Shown here: positions 10,478 to 20,774 of the stretch, piece after piece
Position numbering within the stretch: the stretch's first letter is position 1
How the letters are laid out: every line of letters begins with the position of its first letter
NCBI GenBank assembly: GCA_963768765.1
Contig: CAVYJK010000020.1
Location: forward strand, 257,441-321,440
Reading direction: 5' to 3'
DNA: 64,000 nucleotides
From: an uncultured delta proteobacterium
GTDB lineage: Bacteria; Desulfobacterota; Desulfobaccia; Desulfobaccales; 0-14-0-80-60-11
Position numbers and translations under genes: made by a program
Notes under the pieces: model-generated
Databases searched by the model: none
What the model saw: the letters and a program-made list of their open reading frames with translations, nothing else
What the model was told of the DNA's origin: nothing

Positions 10478-11541
10478 ACTGGCCTACCGCTGAACGACCG
10501 AGACAATTTTCGATTCACCTTCATCAAGAAATCATGGAACTGGAAATAATTTCGTAGCCTTCGATATCGGAAACGCAATGCCAGTGAGTCTCGCAAGTTC
10601 AAAACCTTGCACCCGGTGCAGCCTATCCTTACGGCATGGCCAAAATCCAGATACCTTAGAGCGACAGTGCCGATGTCGTTAACGAGCAGAGCCCTTTGAA
10701 AAGTCTCATAGGAGGCAACAAGGGTCGCCAATTTTTCCGGCACCTCTTCCATCCGCTCGAAGAGAAGGCCACCGTTGCCGATCAGTTCAGGATGTCCGCC
10801 GTCGTTCAGCGCCAAAGCTGGTAATCCACAGTTCAAGGCTTCGAGGAGGGAGTTGGAACAGGGGTCGTTTTGCGACGCGGTCAGGTAGATATCATGCTGC
10901 CTGAGCAGTTGGGCGAGGGCTGCAGACGGCTGCGGCTTCATCCAGCGAATATGTTTAAACTCAAAGGGAGAGTTCCCCACGAAGGTCATATCATAGCGGG
11001 ACCAGTCAAGATGGTTGTCGAGATAGCGGTAAACCGCAAAGCCTTTGCGGAGGTTGCTCGACCAACTGGTGGCGATGATCCTGACCTTGCGGTCCTTCGA
11101 GAAGGACACCCGCCCCATCGGATTGAATATCGTTCGGTCGGGAGCATTGTGGATCACCATCTCATTCCGGGCGGTGATGCCGGTCAGCTCTTTATTTTTG
11201 GTTCGGCACCATTCCGACTGAAAGACAATGCCATCCATATAAGTGTCGCAAATTCCCTTAAGGAGCAGGTCATAGTACTTACCTCGCCCCCGAATCAGGG
11301 ACGTAGGTCCGTCCAACCGGAACAGGTAAACCTTATCAGGACACTTCAGCCTGATATTGTGAAGATGGCCAACCAGATTGAATTGCGAGACTGGATTACC
11401 ATTAAACAGATATATCTCAGCCTCACCGGGTTCGTTGGCATAGACGCCCAACCTCTGAAATTCCGCCCGCAGCGCCTTGAGAAATTGATTCCCGCCGCCG
11501 TAAGGCCCGTCGACGAAATCGTATAAAATGTGGATTTTCAT
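10474..11541 (-). CDS. GT-B (family 4/1) glycosyltransferase
   Basis: LLEALNCGLPALALNDGGHPELIGNGG motif. 4-nt overlaps with both neighbouring genes. Confidence 0.75.
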   Translation of the reverse strand: MKIHILYDFVDGPYGGGNQFLKALRAEFQRLGVYANEPGEAEIYLFNGNPVSQFNLVGHLHNIRLKCPDKVYLFRLDGPTSLIRGRGKYYDLLLKGICDTYMDGIVFQSEWCRTKNKELTGITARNEMVIHNAPDRTIFNPMGRVSFSKDRKVRIIATSWSSNLRKGFAVYRYLDNHLDWSRYDMTFVGNSPFEFKHIRWMKPQPSAALAQLLRQHDIYLTASQNDPCSNSLLEALNCGLPALALNDGGHPELIGNGGLLFERMEEVPEKLATLVASYETFQRALLVNDIGTVALRYLDFGHAVRIGCTGCKVLNLRDSLALRFRYRRLRNYFQFHDFLMKVNRKLSRSFSGRPV

Positions 11542-12611
11542 CTACCCGTCTTCTCAACCAACGGGGCGTAAACCTCCTGATAATAACGAACAGCGATCGC
11601 GGCCCACGAGTACTCCTCTACAGTAGTGCGCCCTGCGGTGATGACCGCGGTCCGACCTGCGGCGTCATCAATTAAAGACGCGGCGGCTTCGGCAATGACT
11701 TCAGGGGCGAGCGCGGCGCAAATGCGGCCGTTGACGCCGTCTTGCACCACCTCCGGCGCCATACCTACGGCGGTGGTGACTAACGGGACGCCGCTGGCCA
11801 TGGATTCCAGCACGGCTTTGGGGCCGCCCTCGTTGCGCGACGTGACCAGGTACAAATCAAGCGCGTGGTAGTAGCGGTACAACTCTTTAAAATCTTCGAC
11901 GTAGCGATGCGTATAGGGGATACCGGCGGCGGCCAGCCGCTGCTTGACGTAGCCTCGGGCCGGGCCGGTCAGGACGGCGTGCAGCGGATAGCGCCGCGCC
12001 AAGAGCTCCAGGGCGTCACAGAAAACATCCGGGCCCTTGATGAGTTTAGGCTCATCACCATTACCCCAGCCCACCCCGTCTTTCTGGAACGAACCCACCG
12101 CCAAGACCCCAGCCGGGATTTCCAGCATCCGGCGCATGGTGGCGCGTTCATCCGCGGAGGGGGGGCGAAACAGTTCGGTGTCCACACCCAGGGGCACCTT
12201 CACGATCTTTGGGCGCGGCACGCCCAAACGCACGAGCCCATCCACGGTAAAGTCGCAGGAGGTATGCACCAGGTCCACGGCAGCCGCCATCTCGGGGATC
12301 CGGCGCGTACCCTCCCAATCTTCCACAATGTGGAAGACGGTGAGCACCTGGGGTCTGCCGCACAAAAACGTAGGGGTCCGATTACTACCGAACCACAGAT
12401 GCTCGGAGCCGAAATGGACGATCTGGCCCCACAGGCCGAACTGGTGATCCGTAATCCGGGCGCGCAGCAACTTCTGCCGATTCAGTTGCTCGACAATCTG
12501 CCGCCCATCCTCACGGATCGACCAGGCGGCGCCCTCCACTACATAGGAAAGATCGCAACAGATACTGGAGCAGAGGTTATTTATTGAAGTCTTCAGGGTA
12601 TTAAATTGCAT
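11538..12611 (-). CDS. GT-B (family 4/1) glycosyltransferase
   Basis: VLESMASGVPLVTTAVGMAPEVVQDGVNG motif. Confidence 0.8.
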   Translation of the reverse strand: MQFNTLKTSINNLCSSICCDLSYVVEGAAWSIREDGRQIVEQLNRQKLLRARITDHQFGLWGQIVHFGSEHLWFGSNRTPTFLCGRPQVLTVFHIVEDWEGTRRIPEMAAAVDLVHTSCDFTVDGLVRLGVPRPKIVKVPLGVDTELFRPPSADERATMRRMLEIPAGVLAVGSFQKDGVGWGNGDEPKLIKGPDVFCDALELLARRYPLHAVLTGPARGYVKQRLAAAGIPYTHRYVEDFKELYRYYHALDLYLVTSRNEGGPKAVLESMASGVPLVTTAVGMAPEVVQDGVNGRICAALAPEVIAEAAASLIDDAAGRTAVITAGRTTVEEYSWAAIAVRYYQEVYAPLVEKTGR

Positions 12612-14034
12612 TACCCCTTTCCTTTAGCGGAGGAAACCGCTTATCGGCAAACGTGGGTTTCCGGTAATTAAAACTTGACTGAACCGCGACCGGATACCTT
12701 CGACTGGAAAAGTGCGGGCTCAACTCAATGCTCTTTGGTCTCAGGCCGCTCGTGTATATCGCCAGGAAGGCGATGGGCATCAGATAGATAAATAGTTCAC
12801 CATAGATCAGAGTGTCCGTCATCATACTGATCAAATTCAATAGGAACACGACGAACAGAGGCCGCAAGGTATATTTGTCATCTCGCAAGACCCGTTTAAA
12901 CGCGATAATTGAGGTAATTAATAATACTGCTAACAAAAATAATCCTACCGCTCCCTGGTTCAATAAAATGGTTATGTAAGAACTATGGGGATTACCCCCT
13001 TGGAATGTCCCATACATACAATTTTCTATACCGCCGTATCCCAGTCCGAAGACTGGTGCGTTCCAAAAGAGATTCAAGGCTGTCAGCCAATAATAATAAC
13101 GGACGTTTGATTGTATACTAGACTCTGAATCGCCGCTGAACATATTAATGACTGTTAATTTGTATTGCTCGGGCAGGAAATCCACAACCAGGAGCGCTGT
13201 TATGATAACCAGCAGCAGGCCTAAGATCCTGCCACGCTTTAAGTAAAAACTACATAAAATAATCACCCCGATAATGGCGAGGACATACGTGATGCGGCAG
13301 AAGGTGCTTATGATACCGCAGATAATCAAAATCAGGAAAGGGATATAACCAAACCTTCGAGATTTGAGTAATTCATCGATGCAGATACAGAAAGATATCA
13401 GGAGGAATATGCTGCAAGCAGTTGGGTTCATAAACGTTCCCATCCCCCTAACCTCTCGGGTGCCTAGTTCGCGTAAACTGTCGACATCCCTAATCGCAGA
13501 AACCCTTACGGCATCGTTTTGTAATATCTCGAACCCGGGATAGAACTGCTCCCCGTAAGTTACCTGCAATATCGCCAGAAATCCGACTATCGCACCTATG
13601 ATAACCATATCGCGTTTGGCGATTTGTGCCTGGTAGGGGCCGAGCCCTCCCTGGTGCAGCGCCAGCACCAGGCATCCTGCAAGCAGGGAACCAAGATACT
13701 GCTTGGCGGTTTCCCGCCACTCCATCCCCCAGAACAAAGTCAGCCCAACATAAAAAATGAACAACATAAGGGCCAGTTCATATCCAGAGATTTTAGCCAG
13801 CTTTCCATATTCCAATCGCTTCATTGCGACGTATATGATATAGGACGCCATTAACACGTATGCGACAGATACGAAGGTGCTGAATATAATCCCAATGTGC
13901 GACAAAGGTATTGCAATAATGACCAGGCGACAAAACACATTGTGGAGCTTCTGCCGTTTGCCTAAAAGTTCCATAAAAATACAACTTCCGAGCATTACGA
14001 CAAGCACTAGGATGACGGCTGCTTTATTTGACAT
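12601..14034 (-). CDS. O-antigen polymerase/ligase-like (Wzy-type) polytopic membrane protein
   Basis: 477-aa ORF with about 10-12 hydrophobic helices and a large loop. It is visibly AT-richer than its neighbours, as is common for wzy genes. Confidence 0.7.
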   Translation of the reverse strand: MSNKAAVILVLVVMLGSCIFMELLGKRQKLHNVFCRLVIIAIPLSHIGIIFSTFVSVAYVLMASYIIYVAMKRLEYGKLAKISGYELALMLFIFYVGLTLFWGMEWRETAKQYLGSLLAGCLVLALHQGGLGPYQAQIAKRDMVIIGAIVGFLAILQVTYGEQFYPGFEILQNDAVRVSAIRDVDSLRELGTREVRGMGTFMNPTACSIFLLISFCICIDELLKSRRFGYIPFLILIICGIISTFCRITYVLAIIGVIILCSFYLKRGRILGLLLVIITALLVVDFLPEQYKLTVINMFSGDSESSIQSNVRYYYWLTALNLFWNAPVFGLGYGGIENCMYGTFQGGNPHSSYITILLNQGAVGLFLLAVLLITSIIAFKRVLRDDKYTLRPLFVVFLLNLISMMTDTLIYGELFIYLMPIAFLAIYTSGLRPKSIELSPHFSSRRYPVAVQSSFNYRKPTFADKRFPPLKERGNAI

Positions 14035-14062
14035 GTTGGCTCCGGTCCGTGGCCGGACGGCT

Positions 14063-15162
14063 TTATTTCATGAAGACTTCTTTAAGACGCTGAGCGAGTA
14101 TGCTGGTAGTGAACCTGGAGTTTACCTGGGATTGGGCGCGACGGCCCAATTCGTCACAAAACCCTGGATTGTCCCACAGTTCGCCGATAGCTCCGGAGAG
14201 GGCGGCCACATCACCTACCGGCACAAAGCGGCAATGCTCTCCGTTGACCAATCCATATCCCGCGCCATTTGGCCCTACGGCGCGGGTGCGGCTGAGCACC
14301 GCGGCCTTGCCCATGGCCATAACATCAAACGCGGTGGTGGTGGCAAAGGAATACGGCGAATCCTCCACGGGCAGGACGACGAAACGGCAGGCCGCGTAAT
14401 GGGAGACTACTTCCTGAATGGGCAATTCATAGAGCACGTGGACATTGACGGGCAGCCTGACATTCGCAAAGCGCCCTCTGGAGGTAATGACCCGGAAAGG
14501 AATATTTGGCAGTGACTCTGCTGCCTGGAACAAGGCATCGAAGTCTCGGCACCGGTCACGGCCGACTGATAGCACCACATCTTCCTTAGCGTCCGGTTGC
14601 CTGGTGAGACACCCGAGCATAAAATGCGGTGTCCACGCCCGACGGGAATCCACCCCACCTTTTCCGGCGGAACCCCAAAATGGTCAATAATTTCTTGCCG
14701 TTCCCCCCAACCATAGGCCACGATATGGTCGATGGCGGACAGGGACCAACGGTGCAGTCGAAACGCCCAGTTCCATCCCTGACTGGCCAGCGATTGCGTG
14801 AGTCCCTGAGAGGCCATGATCAAGCGCCCTTGCCAGCAACCGAGGCGTTTAAGAAAGGCCAATGGCAGTCCGGTGCTATCGGCGGTGGCAAAGACACAAT
14901 CGTAGTCCCGCAGCCTGGTCAATGACTGGAGAGCTTGACCGATATTCCATCCATGGGCGGTCCGCCGAATCACTAGACTCGCCAGCGTTTGGGCTTCTCG
15001 ATACGGTGGGCGCAGTTTGCGGTCCTCATCAAAGAACTCTGCCTGGTGGCCGAGACCTGCCATATGGTTCAACCCATACAGCAGGGTATCGGGCGCCTCT
15101 CCTTGTCCAACTTCATCTTGAACGCTGCTTCGCTCCGTAGGGTAAAGGTATAGAATTCGCAT
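14063..15162 (-). CDS. GT-B (family 4) glycosyltransferase with one apparent frame break near 14.62-14.65 kb
   Basis: ORF 14407-15162 gives a plausible N-terminal half up to ...PPEKVGWIPVG. ORF 14063-14653 in another frame gives the C-terminal half (AFDVMAMGKAAVLSRTRAVGPNGAGYGLVNGEH). Together they make one ~365-aa GT4. Confidence 0.7.
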
Positions 15163-15257
15163 AGTAAGGTGTCGTGGCTAGCAAATGGATTCCGCCCAGG
15201 CCTGCCTTGCGGTAACTGTGAAAGTGGCCATTCAATACCAGTTATTATAAGTAAACA

Positions 15258-15992
15258 TCATAAGCTGTCACCGAAGCAATAATCTGGATTTAATCCAGTC
15301 TTATCATAATATTTACATAGTGATGATTCTTCAGTCTTTATCGAAATACAGGCGTATCGTTGGCCTATTAAGTTATGATTATCTTTTTCATAACACCGAG
15401 AATCAATAATCTTCGTGAACCCTGACATCTGCAACCAGCATTTAATGGCGCCCGCCGAAGGCAAGTGAGTTACTGAACCAGTATTACGATATGTTTGAGG
15501 ATAGTGAACCTCCACATAATTACCTTTAGCTAACTTATTTGATAGTCTAAGTGTAGCGCTCTCCAGCACCAGATAACCATTGACATCTAACATCTTATGA
15601 AGTTTCCTAAGAAAGCGCAGTTGCTCCGCATTGTGATACAACACCCCGGTACACCAAATTAAATTAAAAATCCCCAGCTGCATAAATTCCTTGGGAGAAA
15701 TGAAGAGAAGATTCTCATAGATGATCTTGTGATGGCAGGGAAGCTTATCTATCCACTGGCAAATCTGCCCTTTTTTTTCGGGGAGCTCTACCATAACCAA
15801 TTCAAGAGGCAGCAATTGGGCCAATCTATTACTGTCCAGCCCATCCTTGGGGCCGATTTCAAGGAAGCGTTTTCCCATAAAGGGTTCCCTTCCGGCTAAT
15901 TCCATCAATTCATTAAACAGATGGACCCGATACATCAGTAGCTCAGGTTGGAGAGGCTTTTGAAACAATTTTCTTAGGATTTGCCGCAGCAT
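15258..15992 (-). CDS. Class I SAM-dependent methyltransferase (CmoB/Methyltransf_9-like)
   Basis: FLEIGPKDGLDS (motif I) and FNLIWCTGVLYHNAEQLRFLRKLHKMLDVNGYLVLES. The likely start is MLRQILRK at 15992. AT-rich. Confidence 0.75.
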   Translation of the reverse strand: MLRQILRKLFQKPLQPELLMYRVHLFNELMELAGREPFMGKRFLEIGPKDGLDSNRLAQLLPLELVMVELPEKKGQICQWIDKLPCHHKIIYENLLFISPKEFMQLGIFNLIWCTGVLYHNAEQLRFLRKLHKMLDVNGYLVLESATLRLSNKLAKGNYVEVHYPQTYRNTGSVTHLPSAGAIKCWLQMSGFTKIIDSRCYEKDNHNLIGQRYACISIKTEESSLCKYYDKTGLNPDYCFGDSL

Positions 15993-16038
15993 TAGTAAAT
16001 CTCCATTATTGGGGGTATCAACTACTCGCCAATTCAAA

Positions 16039-17604
16039 CTAACATCTTGAAAAAACCTGGCGAGTATTGAGCCGTTGCCATAATCTCTGGCGGACCGGAC
16101 TGGACAATCCCAAGACACCGCAGCCAATGCCGCCTATCAGGGCAACCAGGGCACTAGTTTCCACAAGCCCCCACCAAGTGGTTGCGGAAAAAGTATAATG
16201 CCAGCGGACCCAAGCCCAACCGGTCATCGCCAGGCCGAAAACTCCTAACGGCCGGGCCATCTGGCGCAGGTGCTGACCGATCGGTAGGCCGGTATAGCGG
16301 CGGAGCAAGAACTGGTAAGTGCCCCATAGTCCTCCTTGGCCCAGCGCCACACCCAGCGGAATGCCGGCATAACCGAGCAAGCTCGTCAAACACCAGCCAA
16401 CCAACAATCCGAAGATGGACCAGGCAATCCCCATGGTCTCCTTGGGATAAAGGTGCAGTGAAGCATCCAGGGGGATGCCGTCTATCTGCACCATTTGGCG
16501 GAAAGACGTATGAAGCACGATGGCGACATCGAGTAGTGGTCCACCATAAAAGCGCTCACCGACCCACAGGTGAACAAAAAGATGATTGCAGGACAGAACG
16601 ATGGCGGCCATAACGCCAAAGCCCCATAAGGCCATCTGATGCAAATCCAGACGAAGAGCGGCCAGCCGGTGCCATTCGCCCTTCCCGCCCAGGAAGATAA
16701 TCCCCGCATTTCCTGAACGTAAAAGTTCTTGCAGCGGGTAAACCAGATACCGGATCAAGGCTCCGGTAATCATGTAAACGGCAGCTGCCGCGGTGCCGAA
16801 GCAATAGCCGAACAGAAGCACATCGGCCGAGTTGAGCAGGGCTCCCTTGGCGGCGCCCAGTGAACCCGGGAGGCTCAACCGTATGATGTCGTGAATTTCA
16901 ACCTTCCGGGGGCGCTCCACCCCGTACCAGGGCAGATTCCTTTGAGCAATGCGCAACCGAACCCCGTTCACCATAAGGATTCCGACTAAAGAGGTTACGG
17001 CGAGCATCACCAGGCCAAACCCGGCCATGACCCCCAGGGCATTTATGGCCCCGCCAATCAGCACCATAGCGGCGTTAAGTCCCATGGCCTTGTATTCCAG
17101 GTTCTGACCCGCCAATACTGAACCCGGTATCGAGCTGAGCTGCGCCAGAGGGATGCTGACCGTCATCAAGGCCATGGTCCAATAAACGGCTGTGAGGTTC
17201 TCCGGCGAGATGGGAACCAGGCGAGGAGCGAAAACAACCAGGAGGGCACCAACCAGTAACACTACGGGGAGAAAAATCAACCATTGCCAGACGGCTGCGC
17301 CGATCAAGCGCCGCTTCTCGGCAACATCCGGGTTGTGCTGCCGTACCCCAAGTACCAGCCTAAGTATCGAAGTGGCATTCAGATCCGCCAGTCCTAAAAA
17401 GCCCGTCATGCCCGTGATCATTCCCCAAGCGCCGTAAAGTTCCTTGTCCAGCCCGCGTACAATGATGGGGGTAAATAACAGTCCCGCGGCCATTTGGGCG
17501 GCATGCGCCAGAATTTGAGAGCCAAATGTCAGCTTGGCTCGCCGGGTGAGGTCTTGGCTGAGGGCGGAAATAGTCATTGAATTCGGTCTGCTCGGCATCT
17601 CCAT
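16039..17604 (-). CDS. Polysaccharide flippase (Wzx, MOP superfamily)
   Basis: About 12-14 TM helices throughout. The likely start is MEMPSRPN at 17604, because the longer ORF overlaps the upstream pseudogene. Confidence 0.75.
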   Translation of the reverse strand: MEMPSRPNSMTISALSQDLTRRAKLTFGSQILAHAAQMAAGLLFTPIIVRGLDKELYGAWGMITGMTGFLGLADLNATSILRLVLGVRQHNPDVAEKRRLIGAAVWQWLIFLPVVLLVGALLVVFAPRLVPISPENLTAVYWTMALMTVSIPLAQLSSIPGSVLAGQNLEYKAMGLNAAMVLIGGAINALGVMAGFGLVMLAVTSLVGILMVNGVRLRIAQRNLPWYGVERPRKVEIHDIIRLSLPGSLGAAKGALLNSADVLLFGYCFGTAAAAVYMITGALIRYLVYPLQELLRSGNAGIIFLGGKGEWHRLAALRLDLHQMALWGFGVMAAIVLSCNHLFVHLWVGERFYGGPLLDVAIVLHTSFRQMVQIDGIPLDASLHLYPKETMGIAWSIFGLLVGWCLTSLLGYAGIPLGVALGQGGLWGTYQFLLRRYTGLPIGQHLRQMARPLGVFGLAMTGWAWVRWHYTFSATTWWGLVETSALVALIGGIGCGVLGLSSPVRQRLWQRLNTRQVFSRC

Positions 17605-17660
17605 AACCGACTTCGCGGCTTCCCGGTCTTGGTGATTGGCAAGTGCCTGGGGCACGCACT

Positions 17661-18230
17661 TTATTCCTTTCGGGCGACACACAGCCGCATCTGTGCCAGG
17701 TAGGCATAGAGCGGAGTGGCGTCCAGCGCCAGTCGCACGGCAACCGCGGCCCGGGGAAATGAGCCAAACAACCGGCTTAGTGCCGGCCAGCGCAGCTTCA
17801 GGCCGAACTCGGAGCCGTACCCATATTGTTCTTTTACGGCAAAACCGTTTTTATTTAGAAGGGCCTCAAACTCCCTCGGGGGAAAAGCATATTGGTAAAA
17901 CGAGAAATCTTCGGTCAGTGGTTGCAGCCCGACTTCACGTAGGCGAGACCCACGCAGTCATAGCCCCGGACCCGTAAGGAAACCACGTATTGGGCTTTGC
18001 CACAACTGGCTTCCAGTATTTTGCCATCGCGGGGAAGCCGAAGCCGCATAATCTGGGCGAGCCTGCCACGGCCGATATACCCTTAGAGGTAAGGAGTGTA
18101 AAACTGCGGACTATCGCAGGCGCGCCAGTGCTCTTCCCCAAAGGTGCGGCCCATACTACGCCGATAATATACCAGCCTGGGACTTTCAAAACGCACCACT
18201 ACAGCGCTTCTTCCGCTCATAGTGAAATCC
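17661..18230 (-). pseudogene. Decayed class I methyltransferase remnant (frame breaks plus internal deletion)
   Basis: Three frames must be read in succession. First MSGRSAVVVRFESPRLVYYRRSMGRTFGEEHW..., then ...PRDGKILEASCGKAQYVVSLRVRGYDCVGL (motif I/post-I), then TEDFSFYQYAFPPREFEALLNKNGFAVKE... (MT C-terminus). Motifs II-III between them are absent. Confidence 0.5.
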
Positions 18231-18287
18231 TTGGCATCCCGTTCTCCGGAAAAACCCCGCGTCTTCTTGACCTCACTCAAATTGTCT

Positions 18288-19292
18288 TTAGACAGAGGCG
18301 TCATTGTTCCCAGCAAACCTTTCCCGGAACCATACCTGATGCCAAGAACGTCTTGGCACCTCGCAAACCGCGGAAACCGGATAACCAATGGCAATCGCGG
18401 CGCCTACAAAGATATAGGGCGGCAGCTGAAGTTGACTGTAAACTTTCCGCTGCCCTTGCATGTGCATATCGGAGATCAGCGAGACCCAACATGCGGCAAG
18501 CCCCAGGGCATGAGCCATGAGCAACATATTCTGGGTGGCTGCAGCGACATCTTGCGCCATAACCAGGTGCTGTTCAAACGGCTTGTAGTGGCGGCGGTCA
18601 ACAGCCACCACAATCGCCGTCGGAATTGCAGCTCTCCAATCACGCGCTCCCAAGGCAGCCCCAAATACCACGTCAATGGTTTGTCGGTCAGTTGTGCTAA
18701 CTAAGGCGAGTGGCTGAGCATTGCAGCTACTGGGGGCGTATCGTCCCGCCTCGACCACCTGCTCTATTAAGGGGGCCGCAACCGGCTCCGGCTGGAATTG
18801 CCTGATACTCCGCCTCTGAACAATTACCCTGCGGACGATCTCGGCTGCTTCCGGTGACGGCTGCTCGAAAGGAACTGTCTGCATAAAGCACTGAAAATCA
18901 TTGGGGTAGGCCGCATATTCGCGCATTATTTTATTGAGGTAGGGCAGACAGGGGTCGCTGAGGCCCGTCGGGCTGGCCACATATGATTTCAACGTCTTAA
19001 AAATAGAATCGCGTTCGGGACCACGTGGCAGCTTTAAGCTAATGGCCTTTTCCAAATAATGAGCACGCTTGAAGTTAAAGTGTGATTCCAGAGAGGCATC
19101 AATCTGATCGCGGTACCTGGCGGCGTAGAGCGCTTGTTTTTCCCCGTAGCGAAGGAACCTTATAAAAACAGGCCAGAAATGGCGCGGTGGCACTAGATCA
19201 AAGTAATAGATCAGACGCTCCCTCACCCTATTCAGGAAATCCGGCTTATTCGAGGTTCCGCAGGATACCAGCTTTGGCTCGCTTTTCACCAT
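18288..19292 (-). CDS. Nitroreductase-fold protein with an extra N-terminal domain
   Basis: The C-terminal ~190 aa read IVQRRSIRQFQPEPV...YAPSSCNAQP...IGYP, typical of the FMN nitroreductase family. The N-terminal ~140 aa are uncharacterised. Confidence 0.75.
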   Translation of the reverse strand: MVKSEPKLVSCGTSNKPDFLNRVRERLIYYFDLVPPRHFWPVFIRFLRYGEKQALYAARYRDQIDASLESHFNFKRAHYLEKAISLKLPRGPERDSIFKTLKSYVASPTGLSDPCLPYLNKIMREYAAYPNDFQCFMQTVPFEQPSPEAAEIVRRVIVQRRSIRQFQPEPVAAPLIEQVVEAGRYAPSSCNAQPLALVSTTDRQTIDVVFGAALGARDWRAAIPTAIVVAVDRRHYKPFEQHLVMAQDVAAATQNMLLMAHALGLAACWVSLISDMHMQGQRKVYSQLQLPPYIFVGAAIAIGYPVSAVCEVPRRSWHQVWFRERFAGNNDASV

Positions 19293-19372
19293 GGTCCTGA
19301 CTCATCTAGAGTTTAAGCAGCAAGGGGCGCCTTGCCAAACCGAAAGGCCGGCAAACCGACTTTCAGGGGGAA

Positions 19373-20774
19373 TCAACGATCCTTGAGCAGCTCCCGCAAG
19401 ACCTGATTCTCATAGACTGATGACTCCTCTTCGGCAAGGAGAATGAGTCCTTTTAAGAGCAAGGCGTTGTACTTTGGGTCAACCATGTTTACGGGGAGAA
19501 TTATGGGGTTTCCTTTCCTATCAACATGAGTACAGAAACCATTCTCCACTCGATGAAATCGAAGGGCATTTTCCATCAGGCCGCGAGAACCTTGAAGATA
19601 GCCCGCATCACCGGTCAACTCACCTAGTCCGTCGCAGTGAAACGGCAAAATCCACCTGATGATCAAGATGATCCCGATCACTTCCCTCATACATCGGCAG
19701 CAAACCATTGGCCCATTGATTCGCGAGCTGACTTTCGGCAACGCCCATGGCCCAATTCAGATATTTCTGGTCCCGGTCAACAAACCAATAGGTGTCGCAT
19801 AAAACGTCAATCAATATGAAGGTGTTTACCAGACCTGGTTTATCAACCTGCCCATTCCTATAGTAACGGCCATATACGGTTCCATCTTTTACCAGTTTGG
19901 AGAAACATGCATTAATCCAATGGGTGATATGCTCTCGATAGCAGCTGTCGCCTGTTAACAGAAACAGTTCAATTAAAGTGAAGATCATCGTGGTATTGCT
20001 CTTCATCAATTGGACAAAATGTCCTGAGCTGGCGTATAAATAAAAGTTCTTGCGAGCTTGATATTTGATCCGGCGTAGGAGAGATGTTTGTTGTTCTGCG
20101 GGAAGTATAGGACAATCCTTTTTATAGGTTTTCCGACTGGCATTCAGTTGCCCCAAAAAGTAATAAAATGGACGGTTTGAACTGCGGTAGGGGAACAAGC
20201 CTTCTTTGAGATAAAACCGGTTGTCAAGCCAGCGATGTACTATACCAACCACAAGGTCCAACAAATTGGGGTAAATATCCAGCATCTCCAGAAAAGTTTC
20301 AAGCAGACCGGACGACCAGGGTGAAGAGTAAGGAGATGATTTCTTGGCGGCAAGATCATAGAACTCCAGCAGGACACCATCTGTCACAAAGTAATTCATA
20401 CATTTGGCTACCGCATCATCCAGCAGGCTTTTTACCTGCGGGCTGTTTGTTCTGCGGAAGAGACTGTGCATCCCTCCTAAGTACTCGTCAATAAGATAGG
20501 AATAGATAATATTATTAAAAGGCAAGAGTGCATCAAAAGGATCGGGGCCTAACCTTGTTATTTGCTCAAGCAAGAAATCAATTTCGCCGTAGTAAAGAAA
20601 GAATGGCGCCAAGTCATCAAAATTGTCAAAAATGGTGCGGTCCGAAACCGGGTAAGTGCGGGAAATGAGACCTTTGTCATTCAGATAATGGCTCTTGAAG
20701 TTCTCAATAATCCACGCAGCGATCTCCTGGCAACTCTCTCCCTTCAAGGTGCTGGCAGTCCCCGGCAGACTCAT
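19373..20774 (-). CDS. (alpha/alpha)6-toroid-like protein (AGE/glycoside-hydrolase-like), apparent frame break near 19.64 kb
   Basis: There are recurrent L-x-L-x-x-TGD-x-x-Y helix-pair motifs (LIELFLLTGDSCYREH, and after the break LGELTGDAGYLQG). ORFs 19620-20774 and 19373-19741 join as ...DHQVDFAVSL/..GLGELTGD. AT-rich. Confidence 0.5.
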
